Below, piece after piece: positions 55,266 through 63,020 of a stretch of DNA of 64,000 nucleotides. Source of the stretch: Omnitrophica bacterium GWA2_41_15. GTDB taxonomy: Bacteria > Omnitrophota > Gorgyraeia > Ghiorseimicrobiales > Ghiorseimicrobiaceae. Made by a program: the position numbers and the translations under genes. The stretch spans positions 67,547-131,546 of the forward strand of contig CAKKQO010000035.1 in the NCBI GenBank assembly GCA_919902105.1, read 5' to 3'. Position 1 is the first letter of the stretch, and the number at the start of each line of letters is the position of its first letter. The notes beneath the pieces were generated by a model. The model was not told the DNA's origin. It saw only the letters and a program-made list of their open reading frames with translations, and did no database searches.

Positions 55266-57032
55266 GTGGTTACTAATAAAAGCTCAGGAATTTTGTTAAT
55301 TATTTTACTAATTTTTATATCGTTCTTATTAAGGATATGGCATATAGACTGGGGATTGCCATATATCCATAATCATGATGAGTTGAACCATATAGAACAG
55401 TCACTACAGGTCGGCTCCGGCAAACTCGAGCCTCAAGGGTTAATGCATGGTACCCTTATAACATATCTATTATCTATAGAATATGGAATTCTTTATATTT
55501 TAGGAAAAATTATAGGCAGATATTTATCAACAGATGGTTTTCTCTTATCCTATTTAACTGATCCGACAATATTTTTTATAATAGGGAGGGTTACAATAGT
55601 ATTATTGAGCGTGGGCTCTATTTTTGTTACATATTTAATAGGTAAGAAACTGTTTAATGAAAGGGTTGGAATAATATCTGCCCTATTTATAGCTTTTTCC
55701 CCTACACATTTCATAAATTCCACATGCATTAAAGATGATATACCGGCAACCTTTTTTTGCACCCTGTTCTTTTACTTTACATCTTTATATCTTTTAGCTG
55801 ACAATAGTACTTTAAAAAGGAATAGATTTTACTACGCATCCGGTTTTTTTCTTGGGTTAGCTATTGCAGCAAAATTGACCGCTATTCCGGGGATTGTTAC
55901 CTTTTGTTTGGCATTTTCCTTAAAAGAACTATCTGACTCAGAAGGATATAAAAAATATCTTATCTTTTTGTGGGATAGAAGATTTTTAAAGGGGATGCTT
56001 TTTGTCCTTACAGGTTTTTTTATAGCTGACCCTTATGCGGTCATTAATTATAAAAAATTTATCTATGGTATATTATTCATGAAAAATCAGTATATGGAAA
56101 ATGTGATAACAGTAAAAAATACTCAGATTTTCTATTTTACAAATCACCTGCCGGATATGATTGGTATCCCACTGACTATATTTTTCTGTATAAGTGTAAT
56201 ATATTTTGTTTTTAAACCTTCTAATAAATTGATTTTATTATTATCTTTTCCAGCAGTTTATTATCTGATATTTAACAAATCTACGGGTTTTGCACACCAT
56301 ATTTTAACCGCACTTCCATTTATTGTTATCCTAATCAGTGTATTTTTAGATAAAATATATTTTATTATAAATAAATGGAATATGGTCAAATCGGCAGTTG
56401 TTTTGCCTTTTTTGCTTATCTTGTTTATTACTCCCGAAGCTTTAAATACTATCAGATATATATATGTGCTTGGTAGTGCAGATACAAGGATATTGGCAAA
56501 AAAATGGATTGAAGATAATATTCCTTCCAATAAGTCTATTTTTATAGAGGGAGGGATAAAAAATCTAATTGTTTTGGGGCCTCAATTGAGAGGGAATTTA
56601 GATACCTTAAAGGATGATTTTAATTTTGTTGTTTCTAGAGGTGGAAGTGGAAAGTTACAAAAATTGCTTATTAATAGTTATAAGGATGGTGGGAAAACTT
56701 ATATGCTATATAAGGCATCACCAGAAATAAGACAAGAAGATATAGATAAATTTAATGCCGATTATATAATAACAAATGGTTTTGTAGATTTGGATGTCGG
56801 GGAATTAGAGTATTGGAGAGATGAAGGATATTATATAAGAAGAGAGGCAGTGCATAGAAAAATTAATGAAAGATATGAATTGATAAAACAGTTTAAGCCT
56901 TTTCCAAGTTTTAGCATGTATTTTCCTTTCGCAAGCCGGGATTATAATGAATTAAAGAGTATTAACTTATTTGATTGTCAGAAGGAAATAATACCAGGAC
57001 CAGAGATAAAGATATTTAAAAGGAAGACTTAA
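55266..57032 (+). CDS. GT-C fold membrane glycosyltransferase (ArnT/PMT_2-like) #3
   Basis: 588 aa. GTG start 8 nt after AGGAG. HNHDELNHIE first-loop acidic motif; GRVTIVLLSVGSIFVTYLIGKKLFNERVGIISALFIAFSPTHF. Confidence 0.7.
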   Translation: MVTNKSSGILLIILLIFISFLLRIWHIDWGLPYIHNHDELNHIEQSLQVGSGKLEPQGLMHGTLITYLLSIEYGILYILGKIIGRYLSTDGFLLSYLTDPTIFFIIGRVTIVLLSVGSIFVTYLIGKKLFNERVGIISALFIAFSPTHFINSTCIKDDIPATFFCTLFFYFTSLYLLADNSTLKRNRFYYASGFFLGLAIAAKLTAIPGIVTFCLAFSLKELSDSEGYKKYLIFLWDRRFLKGMLFVLTGFFIADPYAVINYKKFIYGILFMKNQYMENVITVKNTQIFYFTNHLPDMIGIPLTIFFCISVIYFVFKPSNKLILLLSFPAVYYLIFNKSTGFAHHILTALPFIVILISVFLDKIYFIINKWNMVKSAVVLPFLLILFITPEALNTIRYIYVLGSADTRILAKKWIEDNIPSNKSIFIEGGIKNLIVLGPQLRGNLDTLKDDFNFVVSRGGSGKLQKLLINSYKDGGKTYMLYKASPEIRQEDIDKFNADYIITNGFVDLDVGELEYWRDEGYYIRREAVHRKINERYELIKQFKPFPSFSMYFPFASRDYNELKSINLFDCQKEIIPGPEIKIFKRKT

Positions 57033-57036
57033 CAAA

Positions 57037-58482
57037 ATGAAAATCTTATTTGTTCTTAAAGAAACAACTATGTATGAGAGGATGGGTGTAATGTATTTAA
57101 GTTCTGCACTAAAATCCCAAGGTAATAAGGTAAAACTTGTTTTGGCTGAAAGCATGGGTATCGAAAGATTAAAGGATTTTGTTAGAAGTTATTCTCCTGA
57201 GATTATAGGTTATAGTGCAATGACGGGTGAATATAATAGGCTGGTTGAAATAAATAAGCATTTAAAAAATAATCATGATTTCTTGGCTGTCTTCGGTGGT
57301 CCACATCCAACTTTTTATCCAAAAATAATTGAAGACGAAGGATGTGATGCGATCTTTATAGGGGAAGGAGATATAACGTTTCCAGAGTTTTGCCGCAGGA
57401 TAGAACAAAAAGAAAACTACTGGGAAACACCGGGCACTATCGTAAAATATGCCGGACAAATTATCAGAAATCCGCTCATGCCTTTGGTTGAGGATCTAGA
57501 TTCGCTTCCTTTTCCGGACCGTGACCTAATGTATAGCGCAGATCAATTTTTGATGGAGGGATCCAGCAAAATATTTTTTTCAACTCGTGGATGTCCATCT
57601 AAGTGTACTTATTGTTTTAACGAAAAATATAACGAAATTTTTAAGGGGAAGGGGCGCATTCTTCGCCATCGTTCACCTGAAAATTTGGTTGAAGAAATTT
57701 CTGAAGTAAAAAAGAAGTATCCATTAGATATAGTTTATTTGCTGGATGATACATTTCTTTATAAACCTGTAGATTGGTTTAACAAATTTAAGGAGCTTTA
57801 TAAAGAGAATATAAATCTTCCTTTTTCTTGTAATGTTCGTCCTAATGCGGTCACCGAACAAAATATCTCTCTGTTAAAGGATGTGGGGTTAGTATCGGTA
57901 AATATTGGCATTGAATGTGGGAATGAAGATGTGGCTAACACTGTTCTTCAGCGACATATTAGTAATAGTCAGATTATTAATGCTTGCCGGATATTACAAA
58001 AATACGGTATTAAAATCAGTACATTGAATATAGTCGGTTTGCCGGTTAAGAATAGTTATCAGGTAGATCTGGAAACACTTGACCTTAACATAAAGATTAA
58101 ACCCACCTTTGCGTTGGCTTCAATTCTATGCCCATATCCCGGAACGCCCATTGAAACCTATTCAAGAGAGAATGGCTTTATTGCCAATAACAGTGTGTTT
58201 TTGGAAACGAATAAACGCGCTTCAGTTCTTAATTTTTCTTCAAAAATGGAAAAAAGGAGAATCGAGAATCTTCATAAATTATTCGGGATTATCGTAGAGT
58301 TTAGTTTCTTGCGAAAGTTTACCACTTTTTTATCTAGTTTACCATTAACCCGAGTATATACAAGCCTCTTTTATCTTTGGTATGGATATAACTATAAGAT
58401 AAGGCTATTTCCTTTTAGATCCATCAGAAAAGAATTAGGTAGCTACTTAAGATTTTGGTGGAAAATGATTCAAAAAAATTAA
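57037..58482 (+). CDS. Cobalamin-binding-domain (class B) radical SAM enzyme #7 (close paralog of 53809)
   Basis: 481 aa. VFGGPHPTF...IFIGEGDIT; LPFPDRDL; TRGCPSKCTYCFN. Confidence 0.85.
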   Translation: MKILFVLKETTMYERMGVMYLSSALKSQGNKVKLVLAESMGIERLKDFVRSYSPEIIGYSAMTGEYNRLVEINKHLKNNHDFLAVFGGPHPTFYPKIIEDEGCDAIFIGEGDITFPEFCRRIEQKENYWETPGTIVKYAGQIIRNPLMPLVEDLDSLPFPDRDLMYSADQFLMEGSSKIFFSTRGCPSKCTYCFNEKYNEIFKGKGRILRHRSPENLVEEISEVKKKYPLDIVYLLDDTFLYKPVDWFNKFKELYKENINLPFSCNVRPNAVTEQNISLLKDVGLVSVNIGIECGNEDVANTVLQRHISNSQIINACRILQKYGIKISTLNIVGLPVKNSYQVDLETLDLNIKIKPTFALASILCPYPGTPIETYSRENGFIANNSVFLETNKRASVLNFSSKMEKRRIENLHKLFGIIVEFSFLRKFTTFLSSLPLTRVYTSLFYLWYGYNYKIRLFPFRSIRKELGSYLRFWWKMIQKN

Positions 58483-58499
58483 GATACCTCAGTTCAAAA

Positions 58500-59915
58500 A
58501 TGAAGCTGGTTAAAGATATATCATTCTTGATTATCGCGGGGATTATATTAGGAATTGTTATTACATTTTCAGCCGGTGGTATTTTTTTGAGTTTATTGAT
58601 TTTTCTGTCAGGCTTTTTGATATGGAAGTGCAGCAAAGAAGAGGATAGAAAATTTTTAACATATATTTTCATTAGCGGTATAGCCATAAGAATGATTATT
58701 TATTTAAGCTATACCGATATCTCTCTTCTGTTTGGAAAAGGTGGTTGGTTTGGAGGTGATGCTTATGGAATTTATAACTATGCATGGTTATATGTTCAAA
58801 AGCTTGAAGGCAGCAGAAGATTTTTAATAAATAGTTTGGATAATGGCATGGCATATGATATGAGTCAAGATTTTTATAATTATTATGGCGGTAGTTATGA
58901 AAAACTAATCAACAGCTTTCATTACGGAAATTATGGTTTTCATGGTTTCACAATGTTATTGGCATATTTATTTTATATCTTTGGGCCTATAAAATTCTCC
59001 GGGAGGCTTATAAATATTCTCTTTGGCGCACTAAGCGGGATCTTTATTTATTATCTTGTAAAAAGAATTTATGGACAAAAATCCGCCAAAATAGCCGCTG
59101 TATTAGTAACTTTCTTTCCTTCAATGTTTATTTGGTCATTGGATTTTTTTAAAGACCCGCTTTATATATTGTTCTCTATCGTAGCGTTCTGGTCATTTAT
59201 AATGTACTGGGATACAAAAAAAATTTTATATATTATACTAATTTTTATTGCCGTAATTATTCAAAGCACGATTAGAGAGGATTTGTGGCTTATAGGATTG
59301 ATTCCCTTTACGTTAGGATTTTTTCTGGTTTTAAAGCCCACAGCGATAAAAAAGATTGTATTTATTTCGATCATAGGGATAATGCTAATATTTTTTATAC
59401 ATAACAGAGGAAGTATTTATACATATATTAGTAACAAGATAGCATTGGCCCTTCAAATTCATGTAGGTAATGTTAACACTAGCGATCTTTCCGGTGGTTA
59501 TGCTTATAGGATTTTAGACGATAGATACTATATTCCTGTAAATTACAGTGTCAATAATATAACCCTCTACGAAGGATTAGGAGCATTTTTAAAGGGATGG
59601 TGGCATTTTTTATTTCAACCTTTTATATGGAGCATTAAATCAAAATCTATGTTAATGGCATTTCCACAAATGGTTTTATGGTATATGCTGCTTATGTTTG
59701 CTTTTGTAGGAATCATCTTTGGGCTTCGTTATAAGTGGAAATATGCGATAGTAATGGTGAGTTATCTTTTTTTAGTATCATCGATCATTGCTTTATCCAG
59801 TGGAAACATTGGAACTTTATTCCGCCATAGAGATATGATAACGCCGTTTTATCTGATATTTAGTGCGGTAGGGATTAGGCATTTGCTGAAAATTCCTCGC
59901 GAAACCAAATTTTGA
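58500..59915 (+). CDS. Polytopic membrane protein, probably a fourth GT-C/ArnT-like transferase (Wzy-like role not excluded)
   Basis: RLINILFGALSGIFIYYLVKRIYGQKSAKIAAVLVTFFPSMFIWS resembles the ArnT/PMT loop-helix region. The ATG at 58500 avoids the overlap created by the track TTG start at 58455; the start is uncertain. Confidence 0.55.
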   Translation: MKLVKDISFLIIAGIILGIVITFSAGGIFLSLLIFLSGFLIWKCSKEEDRKFLTYIFISGIAIRMIIYLSYTDISLLFGKGGWFGGDAYGIYNYAWLYVQKLEGSRRFLINSLDNGMAYDMSQDFYNYYGGSYEKLINSFHYGNYGFHGFTMLLAYLFYIFGPIKFSGRLINILFGALSGIFIYYLVKRIYGQKSAKIAAVLVTFFPSMFIWSLDFFKDPLYILFSIVAFWSFIMYWDTKKILYIILIFIAVIIQSTIREDLWLIGLIPFTLGFFLVLKPTAIKKIVFISIIGIMLIFFIHNRGSIYTYISNKIALALQIHVGNVNTSDLSGGYAYRILDDRYYIPVNYSVNNITLYEGLGAFLKGWWHFLFQPFIWSIKSKSMLMAFPQMVLWYMLLMFAFVGIIFGLRYKWKYAIVMVSYLFLVSSIIALSSGNIGTLFRHRDMITPFYLIFSAVGIRHLLKIPRETKF

Positions 59916-59922
59916 TTATTAA

Positions 59923-61131
59923 ATGAAGGCATTATATATCTCTTACGACGGAATGACAGATCCTTTGGGGCAGGCGCAGGTTATTCCATATTTAATCGGT
60001 CTGACAAAGAAAGGTCATAATTTTACCATCTTAAGCTATGAAAAATATGATAAATATATTCAATTTGGGGAAAAGGTTAGGAAGCAATTAAAAGATAATT
60101 CTATTGTATGGAGGCCTTTTCGTTACCATAAGAGATTTTCCGTGGTCGCGACTTCTTATGATATTTTTTCCGGGTTTATTTATTTATTATTTTTTATACC
60201 AGCGCAAAAAATCAAAATTTTGCATTGCAGAAGTTATATAACCTCTATCTTGGGGTTGTTATTCCATAAGATATACGGGACAAAATTTATTTTTGATATG
60301 CGCGGTTTCTGGGCTGATGAGAGATTGGAAGGGGGTATATTTAAAAAAAATTATATATATTACTTTTTTAAATATTTGGAGAAACAGTTTATAAAAAATT
60401 CCGATGCAATCATTGCTTTGACTGTAAATTCAATTGAGGAAATGAAAACTTGGCATTATGTTTCCGAAAAATATAATAACAAATTCTATCATATAACCAC
60501 CTGTTGCGATATTGATAAGTTTAGGCAAACTTATAACTCCAGATTACAAAAAAAAGTTGATATTAATCATCTTAATTTTGTTTACATAGGTTCAATTGGA
60601 CCATGGCATTCTTTAAAGGATGTATCTGATTTTATTGTGTTTACATATGAGTATCTACCTGCATCACGCTTTAAAATTATTGTCAATTCTGGCAAAGAAC
60701 AACTCTCCCAATTTATCGGATCGAAAGGGTTGAATAGTAACCGATTTATTGTTGATTCTGTACCGCACAATAAAATACCTGAGGCTTTGATGGGTGCAGA
60801 TATAGGTCTTTTTTTTATACCTCCGGTATATGCAAAAAAGGCATCTTCACCTACTAAATTGGGTGAAATGTTATCAGCTGGTATTCCTGTTATAACTGGT
60901 CATTCTGTTGGAGATGTTGACCAATTAATAAGTGGTAATAGGGTGGGCTATATTATTAAAGAAGGTGGTATAACGGAATACAAAAAAGCGATTGATTATG
61001 TCATTAATTTAATTAAAGAAAATAGAGAAAAACTGCTTGAAAGATGTCTTGTTGTAGCAAATGATTATTTTTCTCTTGAGAAGGGGATAGAAAAATATCA
61101 TAGAATATATGAGAGATTAACGAATGGGTAG
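59923..61131 (+). CDS. GT4 glycosyltransferase
   Basis: 402 aa. N-terminal MKALYISYDGMTDPLGQAQVIPY and C-terminal SPTKLGEMLSAGIPVI (E-x7-E-like). Confidence 0.75.
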   Translation: MKALYISYDGMTDPLGQAQVIPYLIGLTKKGHNFTILSYEKYDKYIQFGEKVRKQLKDNSIVWRPFRYHKRFSVVATSYDIFSGFIYLLFFIPAQKIKILHCRSYITSILGLLFHKIYGTKFIFDMRGFWADERLEGGIFKKNYIYYFFKYLEKQFIKNSDAIIALTVNSIEEMKTWHYVSEKYNNKFYHITTCCDIDKFRQTYNSRLQKKVDINHLNFVYIGSIGPWHSLKDVSDFIVFTYEYLPASRFKIIVNSGKEQLSQFIGSKGLNSNRFIVDSVPHNKIPEALMGADIGLFFIPPVYAKKASSPTKLGEMLSAGIPVITGHSVGDVDQLISGNRVGYIIKEGGITEYKKAIDYVINLIKENREKLLERCLVVANDYFSLEKGIEKYHRIYERLTNG

Positions 61132-62044
61132 TAAAAATAAATCTTGGTCTAAAGAAAATATTAATTGTCCTATTTGTGGTGCAAGTCAATCAAGAAAATT
61201 AGGTATTAGGGGAAATAGGGAATATTTTGGTGCTGACCAATCTGCTGAACCTCACATATTTACTGATGTTGTTCAATGTATTATTTGCGATTTTATATAT
61301 ACAAATCCAATGATTAGAGGCTTAGAGTTTATTGATAAAGAACATTATAACAATTCTGAAAAGTATCAGGCTACGCAAGACAATCCATCAATAATGTTTC
61401 AAAAAAGACTTTCCTTTATTGCTAAATATAAAAAATATGGTTGTTTGCTGGATGTTGGTGCAGGTAAGGGTGAATTTTTATGGGAAGCGAGAAAAAATGG
61501 GTGGGAGGCAATAGGAGTTGAACCCTCCCCAAACTTATGTCAATTTGCGAGGGAACATTATAAATTAACTATTTATGAAGGCTTTCTGGGGCAAGTTCTT
61601 GATATACCAAAATCCTATTTTGATATAGTTGCGATTAATCATGTTCTTGAGCATGTGGATCGCCCTTATGAACTGTTAAAACTGATTGCTGAATACCTTG
61701 CTGATAATGGGCTTGTTTTCATTGAAGTGCCAAATGCAGATTCTTATTTTCTGCGGATTATTGATTTTTACTTTAAAATGAAAGGCTTGAATTGGTCCAG
61801 CAGATTATCCCCATTGCATCCCCCATATCATAAATATGGTTTTACCGAAAAATCACTTACATATCTTTTAAAACAATGCAATTATCAGATTATAGAATTA
61901 AAGACATTCTCTGGAAGAGATAGAGGGTATCAAAAAAAAAATGATTCAATTGTCGGAGCGTTTCTGCCAGATATTATTTCAATGCTTATTAACTTTTTAG
62001 GAAATAAAGAGCTATTGTGTGTTATTGCTAAACCGATTAAATGA
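61124..62044 (+). CDS. Class I SAM methyltransferase with an N-terminal Cys4 zinc ribbon
   Basis: 306 aa. CPICGA...CIICDFIYTNP, then LLDVGAGKGEF. Confidence 0.75.
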   Translation: MGSKNKSWSKENINCPICGASQSRKLGIRGNREYFGADQSAEPHIFTDVVQCIICDFIYTNPMIRGLEFIDKEHYNNSEKYQATQDNPSIMFQKRLSFIAKYKKYGCLLDVGAGKGEFLWEARKNGWEAIGVEPSPNLCQFAREHYKLTIYEGFLGQVLDIPKSYFDIVAINHVLEHVDRPYELLKLIAEYLADNGLVFIEVPNADSYFLRIIDFYFKMKGLNWSSRLSPLHPPYHKYGFTEKSLTYLLKQCNYQIIELKTFSGRDRGYQKKNDSIVGAFLPDIISMLINFLGNKELLCVIAKPIK

Positions 62045-62130
62045 TTTTTAATGTTTAAAAAGTTTGATTTAATGCAAATCTATTATGAACTTCCTTAATC
62101 TGAATATTCTATCTAGGAAGAGGAGGAAAG

Positions 62131-63015
62131 ATGAAATGTATTGTTACTGGTGCTAATGGAATGTTGGGGAATGCATTATGCCCTTTGTTGTCTGAAAAAG
62201 GATATGAGGTGTTTGCAACAGATATTAATATATCCAATATAAATATAGAATTACTTGATGTAAGAGATTTTGAGAATGTCAAGAAATATATAAGCAGAGT
62301 AAATCCAGATATAATATTTCATCTGGCGGCTGAAACAGATGTGGATAAATGCGAAATAGAGGTTAAGCATGCTTATAAAACAAATGTATTAGGCACTGAA
62401 AATATTGTATTCAATTGCATGTCCTATGATATTCCGTTGGTATATATAAGCACTTGCAGTGTTTTTGATGGGAAAAAGAGAGAACCTTATAATGAATTTG
62501 ATATTCCCAATCCAATTAGTGTATACAGCAAAACAAAACATAAAGGAGAACAAATTGTATCTCAATTGTTAAATAGATTTTTTATTTTTCGTGCCGGTTG
62601 GATGATAGGGGGAGGAATAAAGGATAAGAAGTTTGTAGCCAAAATAATAGAGCTTTTAAAAGATAAAAAGGAACTTTCTGTTGTTAATGATAAATTCGGG
62701 TCCCCTACCTTTACAAATGATTTTTCGCGAAAAATTGCTCAGGTTATTGATACTGAGAGATATGGGCTGTATCATGTAACCAATAAAGGTGTTGCTTCGA
62801 GATTTGACATTGCTTGCAAGATTGTCGAGATATTAAATAAAAATGAGGTAGCAGTAAAGCCAATCAGTTCTGCCGCTTTTCCATTACCTGCACCAAGACC
62901 TGATTCTGAGGCTTCAAATAATTTCAAACTGCAATTGTTGGAAATGGATGACCTCCCGCATTGGGAAAAAGCATTGAGAGATTATATCTCAAAATTGATA
63001 GTTCAAGAAAACTAA
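62131..63015 (+). CDS. RmlD-like (dTDP-4-dehydrorhamnose reductase family) SDR
   Basis: 294 aa. VTGANGMLG, LDVRD, HLAAETDVDKCE and YSKTKHKGE (YxxxK). GGAAGAGGAGGAAAG Shine-Dalgarno upstream. Confidence 0.8.
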   Translation: MKCIVTGANGMLGNALCPLLSEKGYEVFATDINISNINIELLDVRDFENVKKYISRVNPDIIFHLAAETDVDKCEIEVKHAYKTNVLGTENIVFNCMSYDIPLVYISTCSVFDGKKREPYNEFDIPNPISVYSKTKHKGEQIVSQLLNRFFIFRAGWMIGGGIKDKKFVAKIIELLKDKKELSVVNDKFGSPTFTNDFSRKIAQVIDTERYGLYHVTNKGVASRFDIACKIVEILNKNEVAVKPISSAAFPLPAPRPDSEASNNFKLQLLEMDDLPHWEKALRDYISKLIVQEN

Positions 63016-63020
63016 ATATA

